Origin: Chiloscyllium plagiosum
Taxonomy: Eukaryota
Direction of reading: 5' to 3'
DNA length: 64,000 bases
Assembly (NCBI RefSeq): GCF_004010195.1
Contig: NC_057719.1
Location: 21,772,576 to 21,836,575 of the forward strand
Shown: positions 38,955 to 49,847 of the stretch, one piece after another
Position numbering within the stretch: the stretch's first letter is position 1
Layout of the letters: the number at the start of each line of letters is the position of its first letter
Made by a program: the position numbers and the translations under genes
Notes under the pieces: model-generated
The model's input: only the letters and a program-made list of their open reading frames with translations
Database searches by the model: none
Told to the model about the DNA's origin: nothing

Positions 38955-39480
38955 TGCACCGTCTCAGATCATAAGACCTTACAACGGATAGTGTGGACAG
39001 CTGAGATGATCATCGGGGTCTCTCTTCCCTCCATTACAGACCTTTACTCAACACGCTGCAACCAAAAGGCTGAGAACTTTATGGAAGACTCCACATACCC
39101 CTCACTCAAATTCTTCTCCTTCTTGCCATTTGGCAGAAGATACCAGAGCATTCAGTCTCTCATGGCCAAATTGTGCAACGGTTTCTTCCCCCAAACCATC
39201 AGGCTCCTTAACACAGTATGATCAGACTCTTTCCCATCTGCAATTCTTTGCACGGTTTGGAATTGCTGCTAGAACAATGTTTATTATTTATCATTCTTCT
39301 ATTACACTGTCATTTGCATGGTTTGCACTTGTTATGCACTTTATGCTGCCCTTTGTCTGATCGTCTACTTTGTGCTGTCCATCTAACACCTTGGTCCTGG
39401 AGGAACGCTGTCTTGTTTTTCTACTGCATCAGTTGTATAGTGTAGAAATGACAAATAAAATCTAATCTAATCTAATCTAA
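38955..39480 (+). mobile_element. Rex1/Babar-type LINE 3' end
   Basis: CTVSDHKTLQRIVWTAEMIIGVSLPSITDLY...FSFLPFGRRYQSI...FFPQTIRLLN*, then a 3'UTR with aataaa and (tctaa)n. Confidence 0.85.
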
Positions 39481-39554
39481 GAAGAGCAGGTAAATTATCC
39501 TCAGTGTCTAGCTAATATTTATCTCTCAACCACCAGCACTAACACCATTTAGTT

Positions 39555-39716
39555 AGATCAGAAATCACACAACACCAGTCCAACAGATTTATTTGAAATC
39601 ACAAGCTTTTGGAGAGTGGCTCCTTCATCAGGTGAAACTTCGTCAGGATAAGCACTGGTGTTGTGTGCCTTCTGACCGTGTCCACCCCAGTCCAATACCG
39701 GCAGCTCCACATCACA
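39555..39716. mobile_element. Fold-back Penelope terminal-repeat fragment (family C-related)
   Basis: tcacacaacaccag...ccttcatcaggtg, then the inverted ctggtgttgtgtg...cagtccaataccggcagctccacatc; hammerhead GAAA decayed to AAAA. Confidence 0.75.
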
Positions 39717-39743
39717 ATTTAGCTAGTCTTCATGATAATGCTA

Positions 39744-40901
39744 CTCCATCCATGCAACCCAGAAATTCCTAAAAATCATCAAAAACACCAAAATAGAGGA
39801 AGATGAAGCAATGATCTCATTCGACGTAACAGCACTGTTCACCTCCATCAACATCGACCTAGCAAAGGAAACACTCACCACACTTTTAGAAGAGACCAAC
39901 ACACACACACCAACCACCATCAATCACATTACCAAGGAAAACATCATGAAGCGAGTGGACCTGTGCCTCACTACCCACTTCACTTTCAACAACATAGTCT
40001 ACAAACAAACCAACGGCACACCCATGGGATCTCCGCTATCAGGATTCATAGCAGAAGCGGTAATGCAAAGGCGAGAACAAACAGCACTACCAATCATCAA
40101 ACCAAAAATCTGGGTTTGCTACGTAGATGACACCTTTGTCATCACAAAACGAAACAAGACAGAAGAGACATTTAACATCATCAACAACACCTCACAGGCA
40201 TAAAGTTCACCAAGGAGGAAGAAACGGACAACAAACTCACATTTCTGGACGTCACAGTAGAAAGAAAGGACATGGGAGAATTACAAACCTGCGTATACAG
40301 AAAACCAACAAACACTGACCAAATACTCAACTACGCCAGCAATCATCCCAACACACACAAACAAAGCGGTTTCAGAACACTATTCCAACGAGCCACCACA
40401 CACTGCAGCACAGACGAACTTCGAAAAACAGAGGAGAACCACCTATATGACGTATACAGGAAGAACGGATACTCAAAAAACACAGTGCGCAGATTCCTCA
40501 AGAAAAAACCACAACAAGCAGACCAAAAAAAGACATGACCCTCTCTCCCTCGTAGCCCTATACACGGATGAAAAAAGCCACCATTTCGACTGGGACAACA
40601 CATGTATCCTGGGACAGGCTAAGCAAAGACGTGCCAGAGAATTCCTAGAGGCCTGGTACTCCAACCACAACGCCATAAACAAATGCATAGATCTAGATGC
40701 CATCTATCAACCCCTCAGAAAATGAACAGGAAATGACATCACCACAAACCCCAGGAACCCCATCCAGGAGAAAGATATAAATAGAAAGCAGGAGACAACA
40801 GCTTCGCTTCACTTGGAGGTCACCACTGATGATGCTACCTAGCCAGGTAATGAAACGTCTGGAGATCAAACCTACAGCTCAGTGAGCAAACCTACACCCT
40901 A
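39744..40901 (+). mobile_element. Penelope-like element (Poseidon/Penelope type), 5'-truncated and internally deleted
   Basis: RT motifs SFDVTALFTSI, QTNGTPMGSPLS and YVDDTF; thumb YRKPTNTDQILNYASNHP; GIY-YIG C-terminal half HHFDWDNTCILG...REFLEAW. Confidence 0.92.
40823..40862 (+). ncRNA. Minimal type-I hammerhead ribozyme motif (family D, 3' end of the Poseidon-type element)
   Basis: cca CTGATGA T GCTACCT AGCC AGGTAAT GAAA C GTC tgg: stem I cca/tgg, stem II with one mismatch and one G-U pair, GUC triplet. Confidence 0.75.
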
Positions 40902-42062
40902 CTTCTGAGATATTGCTATTCACAAACTGTTACATCTCCTACTTTGCAGCAGTCACTACATTTTAAAAACACTTCATTAGCTGTAAAGCACTTTGCAGCA
41001 TCCTGACAATATGAAGGGCGCTTATAAAAAGCTAGTGGAGTCTTTTCTTTCCTTCTTGTCTGTATCAGAGGACAGAGCCTTACCCAACTCTGGACAGCCT
41101 GTACTGCTGCAGCGTGTGAGTGATGATGGACTGTGCTTCGAGGGAATAGCCACTTCACTCCCCCTTCTCCAATACAGGTTCCTGCCAGCCTCTGCTGCTT
41201 CTTCCCGTGAATCCTGAGACAACATGGTCCTCCCCTGCTAGGGGCTCAGCAGGAGGCCAGTCTCCAGCAATCCTCTGACTACAAATGGCCCAGGACATTG
41301 CTTACTCAATCAACTGCAGAGCTGTTAGTGTGTGAGGATCTCACTCTGTCAGCTTAGGGAACCCACCGAGATATCATCATTCATATAGCTGGGTGGGGAC
41401 AGTTTTGATAATAGTACAGTCCCTGTAAGCCCACTGTGGTGGCTACTCTCAATAACTATCACCCATCTTGTAGCCTGCTGTGCCGTCTGATGCTGTTCCA
41501 CGTACCTATCATACATTTCAGTTCTGTCCATCACCACCCTCAATCCCATCTCCACAGGTCTCTCAGCTTTCACCAAACCTCCCCAGCCTTGCCTCACACA
41601 CCTCTTTAACTAGTAATCTCCCTGCTACAGACCTTTGATCAACTTCAAAGAACAGCTCCAGGACATGACTTACCAGAGATCTGACTGCTACCTTTGCAGC
41701 TCTCAGACTGATGTGTGATTACTATTACAGAGTGTTCACAATAAAATGTTGTCCACTCCCTGAGCTGCATTCCGAAAGATTGAGGAGATACCACAATGAC
41801 AACTGATCTTGGCCAAGCTCCTGGGACAATGCGTGGACTGCTCCCTTGCTTGGGCTAATGATTAGACCTCACCCAGTTTCCAACATATCCTTTAGGTTAA
41901 ATAAACATGTCATGTTTGCCTGTCTATATGCAAGATTGTGCATCGATCTGGCAGTACCGAGAGCCCTTTGCTCTGCCTGAAGCACTAGTCCACTAGCAGA
42001 CATGGCAATGCAAGGCAAGACAATGATGTTATGAATATGCAGGTAGGTGCTAAGTGAACAAG

Positions 42063-42256
42063 GAGAAAGTGAGGACTGCAGATGCTGGAGATCAGAGCTG
42101 AAAATGTGTTGCTGGAAAAGCGCAGCAGGTCAGGCAGCATCCAAGGAACAGGAGAATCGACGTTTCGGGCATAAGCCCTTCTTCAGCCGAAATGTCGATT
42201 CTCCTGTTTCTTGGATGCTGCCTGACCTGCTGCGCTTTTCCAGCAACACATTTTCA
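42063..42256. mobile_element. Fold-back family B Penelope-derived short element with 14-bp TSD
   Basis: Near-perfect inverted arms; gctaagtgaacaag at 42049-42062 and 42257-42270; minus-strand core CTGAAGA A GGGC TTAT GCCC GAAA C GTC. Confidence 0.9.
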
Positions 42257-43006
42257 GCTAAGTGAACAAGCACTAAGACTGCAAGCGACATAAGATTCAG
42301 TCCAATCCATGAGCTGGGTTTTCCCCACCGTGTACAAAGTGTCTTTGTTATAGCCTTTCACTGTTAGTTTCTGGTATGCCCTGAACTGCAGACCTGTGAT
42401 TTCTAAGTGGTCTGCAACTGCAACTTGATGATCGTGAGGTGCTGACAAATGTTAATGTAGTGAGATATAGCATTAATAAGGCATTTAACAAACTACATTC
42501 TCTCTCAAATAGCAACTTGCCATTCCCTAGGATGCTCAGAGAAAGACATAAATAAATACTGCAAGGTGCTGCCGGCAGTTAGGCTTCACCAGACCTCTTA
42601 CCTGACTCTGCTACAAATCTCACTAGAGCTCACAAATACCTGTAACATTCTGCCCTTTATCTCATTTTTTTTGTTTGATAGTCTTTGCTGTAAGGAGGTC
42701 AGGTATTTCACTTGGTTGTGTCTTTGCCTCTTAGCCCGAAGCCTGTGTTCAAGTCCCAGCCCAGGAACTGATGGCCAAGGAAGGTGCATTCACAACATGG
42801 TCAAACAGCTTGTATTAATCTTTCAATGATTCAAACATATACCAGTGGGCAGGCAGTAAGAATGCGAGAGATTTCAGCTCAGCCATCCAATAGAAGAAAA
42901 ATGGAACCTCTAACATCGCTATTTATAGTCCAGGTCAACAATAGGTCAAAATTTACATGCACCAATTTTGACTCCTTGCTGGGGTGGTTGGCTTATTTGA
43001 CAAGAA

Positions 43007-43386
43007 CTGAAAATGTGTTGCTGGAAAAGCGCAGCAGGTCAGGCAGCATCCAAGGAGCAGGAGAATCGACGTTTCGGGCATGAGCCCTTCTTCAGGAATG
43101 AGGAAAGTGTGCCCAGCAGGCTAAGATAAAAGGTAGGGAGAAATGAGGAAACTGGCGAAATCTGAGTTCATCCCTTGTGGTTGGAGGGTTCCTAGGCGGA
43201 AAATGAGGCGCTCTTCCTCCAACTGTCGTGTTGCTATGGTCTGGTGATGGAGGAGTCCAAGGACCTGCATGTCCTTGATGGGGTGGGAGGGGGAGTTGAA
43301 GTGTTGAGCCACGGGGTGGTTGGGTTGGTTGGTTCGCGTGTCCCAGAGGTGTTCTCTGAAACGTTCCACAAGTAGGCGGCCTGTCT
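43007..43386 (-). mobile_element. Penelope-like element 3' end (GIY-YIG C-terminus plus family B repeat) with 14-bp TSD
   Basis: ERFREHL...PVAQHFNSPSH...LEEERLIFRLGTLQPQGMN; ttatttgacaagaa at 42993-43006 and 43387-43400. Confidence 0.92.
43064..43099 (-). ncRNA. Minimal type-I hammerhead ribozyme motif (family B)
   Basis: attc CTGAAGA A GGGC TCAT GCCC GAAA C GTC gatt. Confidence 0.75.
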
Positions 43387-43959
43387 TTATTTGACAAGAA
43401 AGCTAGTGTGATACAAATGGATTCTAACAACAAGGGCTCGATCCCAATTTTGGCTGGGCTGGAGTCAGGACTATGATGGAGCAATGGAGATCACAGCTCT
43501 GTGAGTTGGACCTGGTTTTAGGTAGAGACCTAAAGAAGAAAAGTCAGTCCTTGCAATGCTCAAGCTGACTGCTACAATTGCCTGCATTACAACCGTGATC
43601 TGTACTATCTACTTCAAACATCATTCAGTTCCAAAGGTCTAAGGATGTAGGAAGGCAAAGAGTAAGCACAGGATCTTGCTATTTTCTGTTAAGAGTTAAT
43701 GCTGACTTTATGGTCATTGCATATGATGGCAAATGGGGGATTGAGTAACCACTGCCCTGCAGAGGTGAGGGAGAAAATAGTCTGATTTGTGTCGTCAACG
43801 ATTTGTTATGGCAAAAAGATAGCTGATCCCATCCATCCCCTGTTGAGATGCAAATGTATGAAAGTTTCTTTTTTTTCCTCAAATTAAGAGCTAAAGGTAA
43901 ATGAAAAGTCAATTAAACAAAATTATTGGATGGTCCTCATTAGTTTCCCAGTTAACAAT

Positions 43960-44400
43960 CAAAAAAATCTTTTATCTATATCAGTTTTAGAATATCCCAA
44001 AGAGCTCAACAATCAATGGTGCACTTTGAAATGTTATATTACCGGAAATGTAGCACGTTCCCAGTAATATGCAAATTAGATGATGATCATAGAATTCAGT
44101 TTAGCGATGTGGATTGAGGATTGTGTATTGCCAGGTTATCAACAAAGCAATCTACTCTATCTTAAATCTACCTTAAAATAGTCCCGAGGGATAATTTATA
44201 TCCATTTGAAGCAATAGAAAGAACCATGGTTTGAAGTCTCAGCTAAAAGACAATACCTCGAAGATTGTAGCTGTCCCTCACTGTTGCACCCCCTCCCCTC
44301 CAAGATACCAGCCTAGACTTTGTGTTCCAATCTTTCAGGTAAGAAATGGATCCTGCTTATGAAGGTGATGTGCTAGCATTTTGCCATAACCAGTTGGTGA
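43960..44400 (-). mobile_element. Decayed Deu-domain SINE
   Basis: atcccaaagagctc...gatgtggattgaggat...aaatagtccc...aaagacaatacctc...tccctcactgttgcac. Confidence 0.6.
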
Positions 44401-45491
44401 AGCAGCCACAACACAAAACATGCATTGGGTCTGCAGTGGGGTTGCAGGTTGGATGCTACAGTAAGTGGAACAAAGTTCTCTTGAAGTTGATGTTGGGGTA
44501 CAGTTATGCTATTCATAGTCTGGTAAAAGCTAAGTGAAGGGAGGGAAGAATTTGTTGTAACCGTACTTAACAGAACCATTTGGCCAAAGTATAAACATGT
44601 TCCGTTTCCCAACGTAAAATGCTTCACCTTGAAGAGTATGAAACTTACAACTTACAGAAAAGGAAAAGCAATTTTCTTCAGGAAGTTGATAGAACAATTG
44701 TAAATTTGAAAACAATACTGAGGAAGTCTGAGGATCAGTGAGGTAAGAAATTCTTTAAAAACCCTGGGAATTGTTTGTATCAACTTGATCATTTGAAGCA
44801 GGAAGGTGTCGTCTGGAATAACCTGGGTTATTATATATATCACCACATAAAACACAATGGGTAGAGTTTCTGCAGGGGGTTGACATGGCAACCTATGTAG
44901 CCTCAGTGGAAGATCGAATAAAAACCTGGAGGAACTGCAGAAACAGCTGTACTTTCCAAATATTCCACATGTTTGACCAACCTGCCATTGGAGTTACAGT
45001 GGAGGATTTGACGAATTCTGCAGAAATGTTACCCTGACAATCTAGAATACCACAAAATCATGCTTCAAGCAGAGCCAACTAATTTACAAATCTTCACTCT
45101 ACCTGCCAACACTTCCTTTCTAAAGGTTGCAAATGAATACAAACCGAAAAACTAACATAAACATACTACTCATGATGTGTACATTTATTCTCCGTGACTG
45201 GACCCAGAGAAAACAATTTGTAGGGATCTAATCATACCCCTATATGATCTTCCCCCAATCACCACATGTCTAAATAAAATTTCATCTTTTTTGCAAATCT
45301 CCAACTATGGGTTATACAAAAATAAATATGTGAGTATAAATTATCTTTATTTAATATGCAAAGTAATATCAACTGTTGAATGTTTTATCTTTGTCCCTGT
45401 GTTTATCCTTTCAAAATGTCAAAAAGCAAATTTATCCGAACAATATATGTTATACAATAGAAGACCTATTTTTCTTTGTGGGAGGTTGCTA

Positions 45492-45765
45492 TGAATCATA
45501 GAACCCCTATCAGTGCAGAAGGAAGCCATTTAACTCATCAAATCCACATTGATTCTTTGATGACCATTCCACCCTACCATATCCCTGTAACCCTGCATTT
45601 CCCACGGTCAATCCACCTAACCTGCACATTTCTGAACTGCAGGAGGAAGCCAGAACATGTGGAGAATGTGCAAGCTCCACCCAGACAGTTGCCCAATGTT
45701 GAGACTGAACCCAGATCCCTGGTGCTGTGAGGCAGTAATGCTGAACACTGAGCTACCATGCCGAG
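45492..45765 (-). mobile_element. HE1-related V-SINE
   Basis: Reverse V-domain and tRNA head (gctgtgaggcagtaatgctgaacactgagctaccatgcc). Confidence 0.85.
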
Positions 45766-46569
45766 CAAAATGATTTGTGAGTTTCCTACGTTACAATTGC
45801 TTTGGAACATCCTAATTCTTAAAGGGTGCATTACAAAAAATGAGTTGTCTCTTTTTTAAGAATGTGGAGATTTCTAGGAATACCTTGCTTTCTTTGGGCA
45901 GCGGCAGCTGTAATATCGCAGATTAATCCGTCTTAAACAAGAGTGAGTAATTGTAGAAATTCAAAGTGAATAAATATACAGCTTCTATAAACAGAAGGCA
46001 GAGAAACAGAAGTGCAGAGAAAGTATGTGACAGAGTTAAGATATTGCTGTTTAATCTCAATAGAGGCCTGAAATGGTCTCTCCCCCCTTCTCTCCCTCTC
46101 TGTGACAACTCCAAGTTTTAATCAAATTCCATGTAATTTTACTAAACCAGCCCAGCAGCATCAATCATTTCGTAGTGAAGAATAACTTGCAGAATGACCT
46201 CCCTGTCTATTAAAATCTACAAAAATGTCGTGAAGTATTTCTCGGAGTACACTAACTTTTAGGACTTTTAGGACAGATCCATCACTTTGCTACGTTAGTG
46301 ACTTAAGTAAGATATTTTGTCTTAAATAATGCACATTCTTTAAATGGGATCACATATCTGTGTCATTACAAGACACACAATACAATGCTGATACAGACCA
46401 ATACAAGGATGTGAGAATATTAGACGGGGGGAATTAATAAAAGTTGTTCCATCAACTTTACTTCCACAGAGAAATTAGGAAAGTTGGGAATCCTGTCATT
46501 GGAAAAGAGAAGGTTGAGAAGAGAGATGATAAAGAGGTAAGGATGGAACCCAAAGGGGTGAGCTGTTCA

Positions 46570-46970
46570 GATCAGTGGAAGGATTTCACCAGAGGACAGA
46601 GATTTAGTATAATTAACAAAAGAAACAATAACCAAGTGAGGAAAAGCGTTCTCATGCAGCAAGTGATTAAGATCTGAAATGCACAGCGTTAGAGCATGGT
46701 GGAGGTAGATTCAATCATTGTGTATATTTAAGGCTGATTCCTGATCAGTAGGAGAATCAAGGGTGACAGGGAAAGGCACAAAAGTGGGCATAAGGAATGG
46801 TGATTCAGCCATGATTCTATTGAATGATGCAACAAAGTTGAGGGGCAAAAGCATCCTACTTCTATTTCCTATTTCTCACGGTCTTATGGCATTCAAAAGT
46901 GAACAGGATCATTATCTGAAAAGGGACATTTTTCAGGACTACAAGGAAAGGGGATGAGAATGTGACTAGG
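46570..46970 (+). mobile_element. Decayed CR1-type 3' fragments
   Basis: accagaggacagagatttag...gtgaggaaaagcgttctcatgcagc; tail catcctacttctatttcctatttctcacggtcttatgg. Confidence 0.55.
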
Positions 46971-47084
46971 TAAATTCAGAGCACAATGCCTGAAACAATG
47001 GGAATTACTATGCTAGGGTTCTGAAAGCGAATCTCTTAATTCCACCTGGCAAGTTAAATATAAAATAATTCCTTAATACAGAAA

Positions 47085-47190
47085 CTAAAGTCATTATAAA
47101 CACAGAGAACATCAACAGTTCTGGCAGCATCTGTGGACAGAAAAACACAGCAAGCATTTTCCGTCTGGTACAATTCTTCTTCAGAGCTGA
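47085..47190 (-). mobile_element. Penelope-type terminal-repeat fragment (family A)
   Basis: cagttctggcagcatctgtggacagaaaaacacag...ttcttcttcagagct. Confidence 0.6.
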
Positions 47191-47741
47191 AATGTGTTGG
47201 CCAATGTCTTTATTTATATTTTTGATAAAGACATAGGAGAATCAAGGAGTAGATGTTCTAATGCTTGATCAGTCTGTCCAGTCTGTTGGATTCACAGTAA
47301 GATATCCTACCTTCAAATCCTCTGTAAGTAGTTACATTCATTAAAGTTTGTTGCTCTTTACTCACAAGACTCATATGCCACATACTCAACTCGAAGATGT
47401 CTTTGTGGGTTTAGTCTGGATCACCTAAGTTTGAATTTGATTTGATTTGATTTGGCTTTAATTTTATTGTTATGTATACTTGAGTACAAAAGTAGGGGAG
47501 AACAGTGAAAAGTGTATAACATCTCCACGCAAGGTGCTATCTTAGGTACAACTACCTAGGTACAGAAGCGTAAGTGTAAGATAGAATGAAAGAACAAAGT
47601 TAAAAGTTAAACATTGTAATTCTAGTATAACATAAAACATACAAAATAAGGTTAAAAGTTACACATTTCAGACCTTGTCAGATTTAAGTAGAAAATAAAG
47701 AAATCAAGCTGGAAGTTCAAACATTAGAGTCTTTCTTAAGT

Positions 47742-47879
47742 TTAGCAGTTCTGATGAAGAGTCACTTGACCAAAATGTTAATTCTGTTTTCTCTCCACAG
47801 ATGCTATCAGACGTGCTGACCTTTTCCAGCAAGTTTTTGTTCTGATTTTGAGCATCTGCAGTCCATTCAGTTTTGATTT
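47742..47879 (+). mobile_element. Family A Penelope-type short element with 14-bp TSD
   Basis: gttCTGATGAagagtcacttgacc... decayed core; agtctttcttaagt (47728-47741) and agtcttccttaagt (47880-47893). Confidence 0.8.
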
Positions 47880-47949
47880 AGTCTTCCTTAAGTCCTTAGC
47901 CACTGTGAGACTACACTTTGAGGAATCACCTCTAGGCCGAAAATCCACG

Positions 47950-48360
47950 CTGAGGTCACGCCGGGCTGAGAGACCGCCACGTACTGCTGAAAGACCACCA
48001 TGCCAGGCTGATAGGCCACCATGCTGTGCCATGAGAGATCGCCATGCCCACCATGCCAGGCTGATAGGCCACCATGCTGTGCCATGAGAGATCGCCATGC
48101 CAAGCTGAAAGTCCACCATGCCAGGCTGATAGGCCATGAGAGATCGCCATGCCAAGCTGAAAGTCCACCATGCCAGGCTGATAGGCCACCATGCTGTGCC
48201 ACGAGAGATCGCCATGCCAAGCTGAAAGACCACCATGCCAGGTTGTGAGACCATCATGCTGGTCACTGAGAGTTTGCCACACCAGGCTGAAAGACCATCA
48301 TGCCGGGCTGGTAGAGCACCACACCAGGCTGAGAGACCACCACGTTGGGCCGGGAAACTG
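47950..48360. repeat. GC-rich minisatellite, ~21-bp monomer with a ~65-bp higher-order unit
   Basis: ccaccatgccaggctgataggccaccatgctgtgccatgagagatcgccatgccaagctgaaagt repeats, flanked by simple ccaccatgccaggctgaaaga-type monomers. Confidence 0.9.
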
Positions 48361-49309
48361 CTGTGCCTGACCGAGAGTAGGAGACGGGATTAGTCTGTGC
48401 TAATGTGCCATTTTTCTTTCCCAGTGCTTTCCCTGTACTGGAATAACTTAACTCCATTCAATATTTTTCTGGTATCCTCAGATGAGACTGTGGACTCAAG
48501 TCCAGAAATATGGGATTAAAGCTTTACTTTAACAATGATGTATACTGTACACAAAGATTCTTTTAATGATATGGATCAGCAAACATTTAATCTTTCTAAA
48601 GAATCATGAACAACAAAAATATGAAGTTGGCTTTAATTGCAAAATAATTTTTTAATCATAACCAGGACATTAAGTCAAGAATTATCTTGCAAGATATTGC
48701 TTCTGCGTTCTTTTTAAATGACAGGGTGACTGAGATCATTCACAGCTTGTTCTCTTTGTGATTTGCTGCTCATTATTAGCCATATTAGTAAATTACAATT
48801 GATTAATATAAATTAATGCAACTGGATTCTACTCCCAAGCCTGCATAGTCTTTCATTTTCAGGAACAGTCTCTGTGTATATAATTGTTCTTCAATTTCAA
48901 GTCTGTATATGTTCGAACTTGATAGAGAATACAAATCATGACTTGCAGAGTAGGATTAAAAATGCTGTCTCCAGATGCAGTCAACCTTTTAACAGTAAGA
49001 TTGCAGCTGGACCCACAGCTCCACTGACCCTCATCCATTATGAAATAAGTAGGTTCCTTTTTATCTGTGCGGTCTGTGGAAGTAAAGCGAAACATGGATG
49101 GCTTGTTAAATTGATTTTGGTAAGTGAAATAAGTTAGGCCTTTCGAAAACAAAGATACTTGAATCAAAAAAGAGCTGTACTTTATTATACTATGATAAGA
49201 TATGAAGCTTTTCACCTGCTGAATTTCAACCAAGGTGCAACAGATTGTTCACCCTGTACACGGACACTATCCAAAATTCACTCTATTGAAATCAAGGGAT
49301 TCCTTTTTT

Positions 49310-49630
49310 TTTGTTTGTTCACAGTATGAGAGCATCAATAGTTAGGCCAACATTTATTGTCCAAAAGGCAGTTAAGGATCAGCCACATTGTTGTGGTTCT
49401 GGAGTCTCAGACCAGGTAAGGGTTGTGTTTTCCTTCCCCACAGGGCGTTAGTGAACCAGGTGGGTTTTTCCAGAAATTGACACATGACCATCAGTAGACT
49501 ATTAATTCCAGATTTTTATTGGTTCAAATTTCACCATCTGCCATGGAAGGATTCAAATCCAGATTTCCAAAACTTTACCTGGTCTCGGTATTCACAGTCT
49601 AGTCACAATACTGCTAGGCTGTCACCTCTC
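49310..49630 (-). mobile_element. tRNA-headed SINE (same family as 12.8 kb)
   Basis: Reverse-complement similarity to 12792-13145. Confidence 0.75.
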
Positions 49631-49847
49631 AAACTAATTGTGTGCTTTAAGCCTGTATTTCTATTTACATGTCATTGAGATAACAGTCAGAAACAGCTCA
49701 GGCTATCAGTGGTATACACCTTCTTTGATGGTTGCTTGCTCCTTACCACTACAAAAGCTAAGTCAACATGTTAGACACTGCAACTCTATGTGTATATTGT
49801 AGTTTATCACGTATAGCTCTCTCACCTTCACATGCTAATTCTGGATA

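Larger units (their letters stand above)
38860..41055 (+). mobile_element. Deu-domain SINE split into four pieces (~38860-38954, 39480-39554, 39717-39743, 40902-41055)
   Basis: The pieces read in consensus order: gtgccatctttt...catagcattatcacgaagaa | gagcagg...aatatttatctctcaaccacc | tagtcttcatgataatgcta | ttctgagatattgctattcacaaact...gggcgcttataaaaagc. Confidence 0.7.

Noticed and set aside
44658..44742. Exon-like segment with AG and GTAAGA boundaries
   Set aside because: Stops in all three frames and a weak polypyrimidine tract.
47778..48282. Several long ORFs up to 162 aa with repeated peptides
   Set aside because: Produced by a stop-poor tandem repeat that is open in many frames.
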